Virus record (IMG/VR): IMGVR_UViG_3300020576_000847
Coordinates: 48,094 to 68,093 of that record
Strand: one strand, 5' to 3'
Source: an uncultured virus (IMG/VR IMGVR_UViG_3300020576_000847)
Lineage: Duplodnaviria > Heunggongvirae > Uroviricota > Caudoviricetes
Length of the DNA: 20,000 bases
The notes beneath the pieces were generated by a model. It saw nothing but the letters and a program-made list of their open reading frames with translations. It was not told where the DNA came from and did not search any database. The translations under genes were made by a program, and so were the position numbers. This document shows positions 1 through 8,137 of the stretch, in pieces (positions within the stretch are counted from its first letter, which is position 1; each line of letters starts with the position of its first letter).

Positions 1-763
1 CTGGAACAGCTTTCTTGATATTATTAAATCCAAAGAGATACATTTCATCTCTGAATGGTTTTATCTGTTGGACTTCAAAAGAAGTGCTCATTTGACCACC
101 ACCTAAAGCAGCAGTCCAAGTTAAATAACCACCATTATTTTCAGGATTACTAAATGCTACAACAGAAGGAAAACTAGGATCACCAGCAAAAAATACATGT
201 CCTTTAAATATACCCACAAGAGCAGGTGCATCAAGAACTTGATCCCCACCGGGAGAGCCAGAACCACCTGAATTAGAACTTTTAAGTTCATACCAAGTAG
301 TTCCATTAAATGCTAGTGCATGATTAACACCATCAACAAAGATAATAACACTTTCTGTTTGAGTATTAAATGTTTCTGCTCTAACTCTAACAACACCAGT
401 AGAACTTTGAGTAGTCCCTGTAGTTACAGCATCCCATCCTGCGCCAGTATATTCATATATTTTGTATTCAGGACTTCCAACAATTTTTCTACAAGCAAAT
501 ACAGTAAAAGTTCCATTTTCTTTATAACCGAATACACCTAATACTGGACCTTCAGCAGGGTCGTCATCTGAGGTTACTTCAGGAAAATCTGCACCATATG
601 GAGCAAATCCATTTATTCTACGATAACCACCAGTAAGAGAACTTTCATAATTAACTAACATAGTAGCATAACCGGGAGCTAGTGTAGAAAGTTCAAGATA
701 GTTTTGATTAGTATTTAATCCACCTTGACAGATAACTCTTTGAGAAACAATTTTATCCGTCAT
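1..763 (-). CDS. Putative tail nozzle / tail tubular protein B-like protein, 5' part (runs off the window edge)
   Basis: Not in the ORF track because it is truncated. ATG at 763 overlaps the end of the upstream gene, with AGGAG upstream. I read the frame at both ends: MTDKIVSQRVICQGGLNTNQ...NYESSLTGGYRRING and ...PFRDEMYIFGFNNIKKAVP. The GGLN, GGYRRI and FRD-x-x-IF motifs and the position after the adaptor gene fit podoviral nozzle proteins. Confidence 0.7.
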   Translation of the reverse strand, partial: MTDKIVSQRVICQGGLNTNQNYLELSTLAPGYATMLVNYESSLTGGYRRINGFAPYGADFPEVTSDDDPAEGPVLGVFGYKENGTFTVFACRKIVGSPEYKIYEYTGAGWDAVTTGTTQSSTGVVRVRAETFNTQTESVIIFVDGVNHALAFNGTTWYELKSSNSGGSGSPGGDQVLDAPALVGIFKGHVFFAGDPSFPSVVAFSNPENNGGYLTWTAALGGGQMSTSFEVQQIKPFRDEMYLFGFNNIKKAVP

Positions 764-1457
764 AAGACCATGTACTCCTAAATCTTGTATCTATAGCTTC
801 AACAGGCCAAGATACTGCCTTTCTAACCATATCAGTCAGCCCTTCATTAAAATGTTGTTTAGAAATTTGAGTACTTTCAGCATTATCTTTAAATAAGTTA
901 AGATGATATAATCCACCAGCAATAATTACATAATCAAATCTATCAGGAATTGTTACAAGATCAGTAGCTTCAACAACATCTTCTGGGCTTTTAAAATATC
1001 TGTATTTAACTGTATAAGCTTTATCAGGAGAGGGGGTTAATCCCCAACCTTGACCATGAGTAGGAAATACATTAATAGGAATGCTTCTTCCTTCTACTCC
1101 TACATCATAATCATAATCTCTGTATCTTCTATACCACTCTTCTCTTGTAATAGGGATAAGATGTTTATCTAAAATACCTAAAGTATCGTCTTTTTGTATT
1201 TGATATGAAGTCCAATCAACATTAGTAAATCTCAAAGGCCAAGGATATTCTTCCTGCCCCTGAGTTAATACTTGAGTGTGTTCTACTGCATTAAAAATCC
1301 AATTATTTTTCTTATTATTTATTTGTCTAATAGTATCTAGGATAGCATCTTTAGCAGCAGCTTGAAGCCCTCTTACAGAAGTAAATTGATCTTCAGGAAT
1401 TTCTACTTCATTAATCCTACGAAGAAGTCTATTAGTTAAGTTAATATAACTTGTCAT
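753..1457 (-). CDS. Putative head-tail adaptor / tail tubular protein A-like protein
   Basis: 234 aa. The N-terminal YINLTNRLLRRINEV and C-terminal LTPSPDKAYTVKYRY...IPDRFDYVII patterns are typical of podoviral adaptors. It lies immediately before the nozzle gene. Confidence 0.7.
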   Translation of the reverse strand: MTSYINLTNRLLRRINEVEIPEDQFTSVRGLQAAAKDAILDTIRQINNKKNNWIFNAVEHTQVLTQGQEEYPWPLRFTNVDWTSYQIQKDDTLGILDKHLIPITREEWYRRYRDYDYDVGVEGRSIPINVFPTHGQGWGLTPSPDKAYTVKYRYFKSPEDVVEATDLVTIPDRFDYVIIAGGLYHLNLFKDNAESTQISKQHFNEGLTDMVRKAVSWPVEAIDTRFRSTWSYDG

Positions 1458-2854
1458 TAATTATCCTCATCAGTAACTTCATCGGTTTCTTCATAGATTA
1501 TAAGATAACCTGAATTAGTTGTATCGTAAATAGATAGATAGTTATTATTAGTTTCAGAATATATAATCTCATATCCTGAATTTGTATTATCATAGATATT
1601 TAAATAATCACTATCAGTTTCTTCATAAGTATTAACATATCCGGGGTCTTCTTCTGTATAGATTGCATTAAAATATTCAAGACGTAAAACAGGAGAAAAG
1701 ATTAAAGAAGTACTTCCTGATATATAATTATAGGCTGATGCGTTTGCATTTAAAATAAATTCTAAAGTAGTATTACCAGAAAGTAAACCTAGTCCTTCAA
1801 GAACACCATCAGTAGTAAAATTAAAACTAGTTGAACCAGAAAGAAAATATTGACCAATCAGATGAACATTATTAGTAAATACTAAAGAGGTATTACTAGA
1901 AAGTAAAGCACTGCCTTTAAGAAGACTTACAGGAGTAAACACTAAATTAGTAGAACCTGATAAAATTCCAGTAGCTTTTATAATAGAATTAGTACTAAAA
2001 GTTAAAGTAGAAGTACCAGATGTACGAAGTTGACCAGTAAGTATAGAAGTAGTAGTAAAACTTATACTACTTTCACCAGAGATAAAATCCCCAGTATTTG
2101 TAGAAGGATATGCTCTTCCAGTACCCCAAATAATACGAATACCGCCGGGTCCGCCTGCACCACCTGAGTTACTACCCCTACAGCCACCACCACCAGCACC
2201 ATGTGATCCACCTGCTCCACCATTATCATTAGTAGAAGTCCCACCACTAGTTCCGCCAGAACCTCCAGTCGCAGCACTACCACGATTAGCAGAACCAGTT
2301 CCATTAGAACCTTGTCCTTTTAATCCGACACCGCCTCCACCAGAGCCTCCACCTAGACCACTATTACCAGAGCCTCCACCTCCTGAACCTCCAGAGCCAT
2401 TAGCACCAGCACCACCTGAAGTTCCATTACCGCCTGCTCCAGCGTAACCGCCAGCACCACCTCCACCTCCGCCATTAACACCAGAAGCACTTCCACTACC
2501 ACCATTGAATGCAGCAGTACCACCAATACAGTTGGCAGCTAAGCCACCACTAGCAGAAGATGTAGAAGTACCATTTCTACCATAATCAGCACTAAGAATA
2601 GGGGTCCCACTGCGTCTAATTTCAGTAGCAGTTTGACTACCCCCAGCAGTTATCACTATAGTTAATGTTTCACTAGGTGTAACAGAGATACTGTTCGCAT
2701 AGACTAATGCACCTCCACCACCACCAGCACCAGTAGCACTTGATCTTCCATTACCTCCGGGACCAATAGCAACAGCACAGATACTTGTAACTCCAGTGGG
2801 GACTACAAAACTATAAGAACCTGCTGAAGTCCATTCTTGTTGTCCTGTAGGCAT
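1457..2854 (-). CDS. Glycine-rich virion fibre-like protein with C-terminal tandem repeats
   Basis: 465 aa. The N-terminal glycine-rich domain (GSYSFVVPTGVTSICAVAIGPGG...GGPGGIRIIWG) is of the type found in phage fibres. It is followed by seven 20-aa repeats and about six 11-aa acidic Tyr repeats. Confidence 0.7.
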   Translation of the reverse strand: MPTGQQEWTSAGSYSFVVPTGVTSICAVAIGPGGNGRSSATGAGGGGGALVYANSISVTPSETLTIVITAGGSQTATEIRRSGTPILSADYGRNGTSTSSASGGLAANCIGGTAAFNGGSGSASGVNGGGGGGAGGYAGAGGNGTSGGAGANGSGGSGGGGSGNSGLGGGSGGGGVGLKGQGSNGTGSANRGSAATGGSGGTSGGTSTNDNGGAGGSHGAGGGGCRGSNSGGAGGPGGIRIIWGTGRAYPSTNTGDFISGESSISFTTTSILTGQLRTSGTSTLTFSTNSIIKATGILSGSTNLVFTPVSLLKGSALLSSNTSLVFTNNVHLIGQYFLSGSTSFNFTTDGVLEGLGLLSGNTTLEFILNANASAYNYISGSTSLIFSPVLRLEYFNAIYTEEDPGYVNTYEETDSDYLNIYDNTNSGYEIIYSETNNNYLSIYDTTNSGYLIIYEETDEVTDEDN

Positions 2855-2864
2855 TTAATTATCC

Positions 2865-3296
2865 TTAATCTACATCTATATCAAGATCGCCAGCAGCAAT
2901 TGCCGGAGTAATATTATTGGAAACAGCAAGAGAACTGCTTAATGCACCTTTAAATAAAAGAGTTCCTGTAGATGAAGATGCTAAGCCAATTCCAAAATGA
3001 GTAAGAGTAGCAGAGCCTCCTGTACAAGTAGGAAAAGTAATTGTAGAAGTATTAGTTGCATTATTACCACTGACAGTCCAACCACCTGAAGTTCTTGCTA
3101 CAGCTACACGGGCATAAGAGGTATACGTCGTTTCATTTGTGTTCTGACTTCCACCTTCTCCTGGATCAGACGTATGAAGTGAGACGTATAAATTAGCAGC
3201 AGGGCTGGATGCTGCATTATCAGCAATATTAGTAATAGTAGTTCCATTGAAGATCAACTCCAAAAGATCGGTTTCAAAAGCATTTGTTGCAGACAT
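2865..3296 (-). CDS. Conserved phage virion structural protein (fibre-associated)
   Basis: 143 aa with LYVSLHTSDPGE, YARVAV, ITFP and THFGI motifs, characteristic of a widespread small phage structural protein that often precedes fibre genes. Confidence 0.7.
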   Translation of the reverse strand: MSATNAFETDLLELIFNGTTITNIADNAASSPAANLYVSLHTSDPGEGGSQNTNETTYTSYARVAVARTSGGWTVSGNNATNTSTITFPTCTGGSATLTHFGIGLASSSTGTLLFKGALSSSLAVSNNITPAIAAGDLDIDVD

Positions 3297-3520
3297 TATT
3301 CTACCTCACCAGCACTAATAGTAACAACTCCTAAATTATTCCAAAGTTGTCCTATTACTTCAGGGTCTTCAATAGGAAGATCAGCAAAAGAATTAGTAAC
3401 AAGTGCAATTAAATCTTCAGGAGAAAAATTATAAGTAATATCATTATAAATAAATCGAGCAGGAGAACCTGTCTTCCAAGCTTCGTTTATAAGTTCAGTA
3501 AGAGGTTGATCTGGTCTCAT
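3296..3520 (-). CDS. Hypothetical protein
   Basis: 74 aa. SD AAGGAG upstream; the stop codon overlaps the next start codon. Confidence 0.65.
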   Translation of the reverse strand: MRPDQPLTELINEAWKTGSPARFIYNDITYNFSPEDLIALVTNSFADLPIEDPEVIGQLWNNLGVVTISAGEVE

Positions 3521-3543
3521 TGTTTACTCCTTATTAACTAAAT

Positions 3544-3942
3544 TTAAAGAGGTTCGTCCGGCACGAATTGAAGATCGACCGATGCCAGCACGTCCGCGCA
3601 CCATTCCCATGGCAGTTTGAAGTCCTGTGCTGCGGAGTAGAGGTTCATCCCGGCACAGGCGGCGACAGCATCCTGTTCGGATATGATGCCTTCTTCTCCC
3701 CACGCGACTGTATCGGGCAATATGCCCGCCTTCATGCCGGTCCACAGCAGCACATCAGCGTCGGTCGCGCTCATGTCCTGCATCATGTAGTGCGTGGCAG
3801 GCGTCTCATAGGTCGCCTCCGGATCGACGGCGCAGAGCTTGCGGGAGATGTTGTTCGGGCCACGGCCAAGAGCCTCAAGCACGGCATTTATGCCGTCTTT
3901 TGCGGAGACCGGGCAGATAAGAATAGTAGGAAGGTTTGTCAT
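3544..3942 (-). CDS. Hypothetical protein, partner of the upstream lectin-like protein (GC-rich cassette)
   Basis: Start reassigned from 3954 to ATG 3942 (MTNLPTILIC...). That ATG overlaps the upstream TAA (TAATG) and has GGAG just upstream. Confidence 0.7.
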   Translation of the reverse strand: MTNLPTILICPVSAKDGINAVLEALGRGPNNISRKLCAVDPEATYETPATHYMMQDMSATDADVLLWTGMKAGILPDTVAWGEEGIISEQDAVAACAGMNLYSAAQDFKLPWEWCADVLASVDLQFVPDEPL

Positions 3943-5111
3943 TAGTAGCTCCATGCATTAGTGAGTTTGACGATTTCGGCAGGGGTTAGGGCGCGGTTGA
4001 TCGCGAGGGCTTGGTAGATGTCCACCGAAGCGAAGAGCGACGCCACCGAGCTAGCAGCCAGCGCCACGGCATTTGCGATGGTGACGGAGCCTGACTGCGA
4101 TTGGGATGCAAGCAAACCCTCATCGCTGTAGAGATTTACGGTGGTTCCATCCCACGTGAGAACGGCTATCGCTGTCTGGCCGGCGCGGTTCGATCCGCCT
4201 GTGAGATTGGCCCCCGTCCCAACGTTCGCGAGAATTCTGCCATCCGCCGCCAATACCAAGATAACATCATCGGTCGATGCATTGCGCGCGCCCATAAGTA
4301 TCTGGCTGCTGTTGCCAACGGCCTTGTTGAATTTGAGCGCCAGCGAGCCCTTGCCGCCGGCGTCGAATTTGAATGTCGTCAGAAGATTGTCATCCGACCC
4401 GTCATAGCGCGTCAGCCCGCCCGCCTTGAGAACTGGCCGTGCACCAGACGTGGCCTGAGAGGCGCGGTTGCCGGGGATTTCTTTAATGGAGACGTTATCG
4501 AGATACAGCGTCCCCGCCGCGCCGGCGCGAAGGTAGATGTTTATTGTTATCCCGGATGCCCCGGTTCGACAGATGCAGTCGATTGCCTGATCGGATGATG
4601 ACAGCGTAATCGGATTTCCGGAGGGCTGAATGGCCCAACCGCCGGCTATTGTGTCTATCCTAAGAGCCCCGGATGAGGCCGTCCCCAACCGCGCCTTCCC
4701 GACGAGCAAACGGAAGGACGTGTTTGCCGCCAGAACTATCTGTTGCACCACACCCTTGGCAGCGCCATCAGTTGTTAATTGCAGTTCACCGGCGACAACG
4801 GCTATTGTCGCCCCGACATCGTTGGTCGACCATCCGGTTGTGCCGTTGTCGAAGCCACCGTTGACGACAAGCTCCGCCTGCGCCGCCAGCACCTGCGCCA
4901 GCGTCTTGCCACCCCATTTCGATATATCCAGCGCCAACCCGACATTCTGGTCTACGCCAGCCGGGGTAATGCCTGTCGCTTCCTGAAACAGAGTATCGGC
5001 ACGGCTGAAATCATAGAGGAAGCCGTTCTCGCCATTGGCAAAAAGGAAGTAATCGTGCCAACGATAGCCTCTCTTATTATAAAGACCAAAACCAATTCCT
5101 AAATTAAGCAT
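3942..5111 (-). CDS. Putative carbohydrate-binding virion protein (CBM-like insert plus C-terminal ConA/LamG-like domain)
   Basis: 389 aa. N-terminal LFANGENGFLYDFS..TLFQ...VGLALD motif. The segment ELVVNGGFD..GW...LYLDNVSIKE resembles a CBM4/9 beta-sandwich. The C-terminus AVLTWDGTTVNLY...NRALTPAEI resembles LamG. GC content is much higher than in the flanks. Confidence 0.6.
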   Translation of the reverse strand: MLNLGIGFGLYNKRGYRWHDYFLFANGENGFLYDFSRADTLFQEATGITPAGVDQNVGLALDISKWGGKTLAQVLAAQAELVVNGGFDNGTTGWSTNDVGATIAVVAGELQLTTDGAAKGVVQQIVLAANTSFRLLVGKARLGTASSGALRIDTIAGGWAIQPSGNPITLSSSDQAIDCICRTGASGITINIYLRAGAAGTLYLDNVSIKEIPGNRASQATSGARPVLKAGGLTRYDGSDDNLLTTFKFDAGGKGSLALKFNKAVGNSSQILMGARNASTDDVILVLAADGRILANVGTGANLTGGSNRAGQTAIAVLTWDGTTVNLYSDEGLLASQSQSGSVTIANAVALAASSVASLFASVDIYQALAINRALTPAEIVKLTNAWSY

Positions 5112-5403
5112 CTTTTACAGCAATCTTAAATCCTACAGGGAGGACAAAATACTCAGCTGATCCAGCAGTTAAAAGAAAATCTTGGCCCGCATCTGCTGTA
5201 GGATTTGTAGCAAATTGAACCCAGATATCTCCAGTTGTAGAAATTCTACAAACATTTAATCTATCTGTAGACGAAATCGTTGTTGCTGTAGAACTAGAGG
5301 ATGAAGTTAAATCTTCCGCAGCAATGACAGAACCATCTGCAACAGCAGTAACCCCATCTCGAATAACAGAAGGTCTAAAAAATGAAACACTAACTGTAGC
5401 CAT
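5104..5403 (-). CDS. Hypothetical small virion protein
   Basis: 99 aa, beta-rich, SD AAGGA, located within the structural operon. Confidence 0.65.
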   Translation of the reverse strand: MATVSVSFFRPSVIRDGVTAVADGSVIAAEDLTSSSSSTATTISSTDRLNVCRISTTGDIWVQFATNPTADAGQDFLLTAGSAEYFVLPVGFKIAVKDA

Positions 5404-5421
5404 GAAATTTCCTTAAACATG

Positions 5422-5454
5422 AAAAGAACTCCCCTCAGTTTTACCCAAGGGGAG
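5422..5454 (-). terminator. Intrinsic terminator after the capsid and decoration genes
   Basis: Minus strand reads CTCCCCT-tgggtaaaactg-AGGGGAG followed by TTCTTTT. The position after the capsid genes is analogous to T7 T-phi. Confidence 0.7.
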
Positions 5455-5468
5455 ATCGATTTAATTAA

Positions 5469-5966
5469 TTACGAACCGAGCTGGACAATACCAGGCTTCT
5501 TCTGCTTATTAGAGCAATCAGCAAGCCAAGCAAAGACACGAACCTTACCACCCGTAACAGTACCCGTCTGCGTAGCAAACAGGATATCAAGAGTGTCAGC
5601 AGTCGTGACAAAAGTAGCCGGAGTAATAGCGGCAGAAGCAACGGTAGCATAAGCATTTACAGATGCAGCATCAAAATCCCAACCATCGACAAATGCATCA
5701 ACATCACCACCAGTGATACCAAAATCAAAAGTAAGATCAGTCGAAGTGCCCGTCATAGCGGAAATCTTCTGAAGACCAGCAAACGTTACCTGAGTACCAG
5801 CAGGAACCGAAATAGTCTCGATGACGTCACCCTGAGCAAGAGCAGAACCCTTAGCAGTAACAGCATCAGCGAGATCAACAATCAGTTCTACGTAGTGAAC
5901 AGCACGCTCACCACCACGGGTCATATCAAGCGTACCGTCTTTATTAAGCGTAGAAATAGTAGCCAT
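5469..5966 (-). CDS. Putative capsid decoration / minor capsid protein
   Basis: 165 aa, Ala/Thr/Gly-rich and beta-rich. It lies directly after the capsid gene, has a strong SD (AAGGAG), shares the capsid gene's raised GC, and precedes the terminator. Confidence 0.65.
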   Translation of the reverse strand: MATISTLNKDGTLDMTRGGERAVHYVELIVDLADAVTAKGSALAQGDVIETISVPAGTQVTFAGLQKISAMTGTSTDLTFDFGITGGDVDAFVDGWDFDAASVNAYATVASAAITPATFVTTADTLDILFATQTGTVTGGKVRVFAWLADCSNKQKKPGIVQLGS

Positions 5967-5984
5967 AAAAAATTCTCCTTATAA

Positions 5985-6857
5985 TTAGAAGTTCACGTTA
6001 TAAATAGCGCGAATGAGACCTTCAGGACGGAGAATCTTACGACCATAGACCTGAAGACCACGAGTGATATCAGCAAAGCTGTTAGTATCACGATAGGTTT
6101 CAGTCTTAGTAAGCATCTGAGCCGTAGCACAAGCACTCTTCACACCAGCGACGATAACACCGTAGTTCGTAGCGGAACCATCAGTATCAATCGTACCCGG
6201 ACCAGTACCGAGATACGGGAGCGAGTTGCTCTTATAGACAGAAAAACCACGAAGAGTACCAGCAATAAGCTTGCCATTCGTAAGCTGATCCGCACCCGGA
6301 TTATAATCATTATTGATTAGCTTGGAATTTTCATCCGTAAGCTTCTCAGTAAACACCGGGTCAATCACAATGAAACGACCCTCTTCAGGAACATTCAGTT
6401 CATCAAGCTTACGGGCGAAACGGTTAATAAGCTCAAGCGGGGTAACATCGTAAGTACCCTTAGTACCCACAACGACAGAATCAGACGAAGAACCACCACT
6501 AACAAACGAAGCACGAGTCAGCTTGTTAGCAGCCAGAAGCTCGTCATTATCCGCAGTCGTCCAAGACTTCGAACCGACCGGGGCCGTACGAGCAGCCCAA
6601 GAGATCGAAGACGGGGTATCAGTACGCTCAAAGCCAGACATATAGCCAAGGATATCCGCATCATAGCGTTCCTTAAGTCTATAACCAGCACGGTCAGCAG
6701 CCATATCCATCCAATCAACATGCGACTGCATCTTTTCGATGTCATCGATCTTGAAATTGAACGAATTAGCACGATCAACCGTCAGAATAAAGTCTTCATC
6801 CTGAAGGTCTTGAGCCACAAGCTGCGAACCACGAGCATACGGAGTAACCACAATTTC
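5985..6857 (-). CDS. Major capsid protein, exon 2 (spliced product 354 aa; HK97-fold coat protein)
   Basis: Reads EIVVTPYARG...QDLQDEDFILTVDRANSFNFKIDDIE...ARKLDELNVPEEGRFIVIDP...YRDTNSFADITRGLQVYGRKILRPE. It joins exon 1 in frame (IIKEP|EIVVTPY). Confidence 0.9.
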   Translation of the reverse strand, partial: EIVVTPYARGSQLVAQDLQDEDFILTVDRANSFNFKIDDIEKMQSHVDWMDMAADRAGYRLKERYDADILGYMSGFERTDTPSSISWAARTAPVGSKSWTTADNDELLAANKLTRASFVSGGSSSDSVVVGTKGTYDVTPLELINRFARKLDELNVPEEGRFIVIDPVFTEKLTDENSKLINNDYNPGADQLTNGKLIAGTLRGFSVYKSNSLPYLGTGPGTIDTDGSATNYGVIVAGVKSACATAQMLTKTETYRDTNSFADITRGLQVYGRKILRPEGLIRAIYNVNF

Positions 6858-7749
6858 CAAATATGTTATTATACAGTTGTTTATACTGTATTTCAATAAG
6901 TTTCCTTATTGTTCAGACTATATCTTCATCCTTTATTTCTAAAGGAGCCAAGCACTCTTGGGTTATATTTATTTTGTATTCCATACTTTTATGTATATAT
7001 GGTTTAACAATTGAAATGAATTTATGAGAATCTTTAGTATTTAATCTTACAGAAAAACGATTTGATCTTTTATCACAATCAAATTTAATATCAATATCAT
7101 ATTTTTCTTTAAACCAATCTTTAATAATATTAATTTCATCTAAAGAACAATATGTTGCTATACGAATCATACAACCACAAATTTTATTTTGTTTATTTCG
7201 ACAAATAGTTCCAGAACCATCATCCATAAACCAAAGAGCAAGTCCTTGATCAGTCAAATAATCTAAACATTGTTTAGTAAATACTTTTTCTCCAAATGGG
7301 TATAAAACTCTGTGCATTTGCTTAAAGTATTTATTTGTTTTAGTTGTTTGAAAATTTGTATATTCTTTTTGTGATTGTTTATTAAATGATTTATACTCAT
7401 ATAACTTAGGCCTTTTCCCACCTAAAACAGAATGAAGTAAATCAATTTTATGATTTAAATACTCTTGTTGTTTAGGAGAATGCCCTATAGTTAATTTGCA
7501 ATATTGTGTATTAAAATTATTTTTAGCTAAGTGAAGATTCCCATCACCTAAAACTAGTCCATATAGTATACCACGTTTTTCTTTATTCATTTCATCCTTC
7601 GTTAGTTACTAGAACCACTACTACAAATAAATATAACCTAGTCGTTGAACCTTCCCTTTTCAGGGCTTGGCTGCTGATTACCATTTCAGGCTTCCAGCAA
7701 TTCACTTGGTTTCAAAATTACATTACTGTAAAATGGCCCAAAATTGTTT
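6858..7749 (-). mobile_element. Group I self-splicing intron (probably subgroup IA) in the major capsid gene
   Basis: The 5' exon ends in U and the intron ends in G. P1 is GCCU|AAA-CAAU-UUUGGGC with a U.G pair at the splice site. P10 is CAAUUUU paired with exon GAAAUUG. Core elements: P AAUUGCUGGAAG (7691-7702), Q AAUCAGCAGCC (7669-7679), R GUUCAACGACUAG (7638-7650), S AAGAUAUAGUCU (6915-6926). P3 is CCAAGU/GCUUGG. P2, P6, P8 and P9 hairpins carry GNRA-type loops. Confidence 0.93.
6913..7590 (-). CDS. Intron-encoded LAGLIDADG homing endonuclease (two-motif type)
   Basis: 225 aa, Lys-rich. Motif 1 is GILYGLVLGDGNL and motif 2 is GLALWFMDDGSG. It has its own SD (GAAGGA) and is very AT-rich relative to the flanking exons. 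Confidence 0.9.
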   Translation of the reverse strand: MNKEKRGILYGLVLGDGNLHLAKNNFNTQYCKLTIGHSPKQQEYLNHKIDLLHSVLGGKRPKLYEYKSFNKQSQKEYTNFQTTKTNKYFKQMHRVLYPFGEKVFTKQCLDYLTDQGLALWFMDDGSGTICRNKQNKICGCMIRIATYCSLDEINIIKDWFKEKYDIDIKFDCDKRSNRFSVRLNTKDSHKFISIVKPYIHKSMEYKINITQECLAPLEIKDEDIV

Positions 7750-7941
7750 AGGCTCTTTAATGATCCTGACGCTATCTCCCTGGTTCTTAATCTCACCAAA
7801 ATATTCGGAGTTAGTAATCTGATCAACAACGGTCTTCTTACGGAAAGCCTTCTGGACTTTCTTCGAGTAAATTTGCGGCGACCAAGCTACACCGGGAAGA
7901 TTCCCATAGTTAGCCGCCGTCTGAAAAGCATAACTAGACAT
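7750..7941 (-). CDS. Major capsid protein, exon 1 (64 codons)
   Basis: MSSYAFQTAANYGNLPGVAWSPQIYSKKVQKAFRKKTVVDQITNSEYFGEIKNQGDSVRIIKEP is a typical coat-protein N-terminus. SD GAAGGA; it follows the scaffold gene. Confidence 0.9.
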
Positions 7942-8137
7942 ATATTATATCCTTCTAAAATTGTTTTAAGTTGATAGTTTAACGAAAACCAATCTATAGA
8001 AAGAGGCTATACTCAAGAGTATTCCTTTTGGGAGCTAACCATTAGGAGGTCTATTATATAGGTAGTCTTATTTAGAATTATTTTCCTTATGAAAGTAAAT
8101 TTCAGTAATCTAAGAGGTAGCTTTAATCCAGCTAAGA

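Noticed and set aside
3524..5102. Several overlapping alternative-frame and plus-strand ORFs in the GC-rich cassette
   Set aside because: Shadow ORFs expected from high GC. They have no recognisable motifs and conflict with the coupled minus-strand genes.
3942..5111. Diversity-generating retroelement target in the lectin-like gene
   Set aside because: No reverse transcriptase and no template/variable repeat pair is visible in the window.
6858..6896. ORF-track start MKYSINNCIITYL for a 303-aa capsid protein
   Set aside because: These 13 codons are intron P9-region sequence. The true N-terminus is exon 1.
7723..7749. 72-aa stand-alone ORF ending KQFWAILQ
   Set aside because: The last 8 codons are read-through into the intron P1/P2. 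The ORF is capsid exon 1.
5985..7941. Intein, frameshift or stop-codon reassignment as the explanation for the split capsid gene
   Set aside because: The nuclease has its own start and stop, and there are no intein terminal motifs. All other genes read normally in the standard code, and the group I RNA elements explain the split fully.
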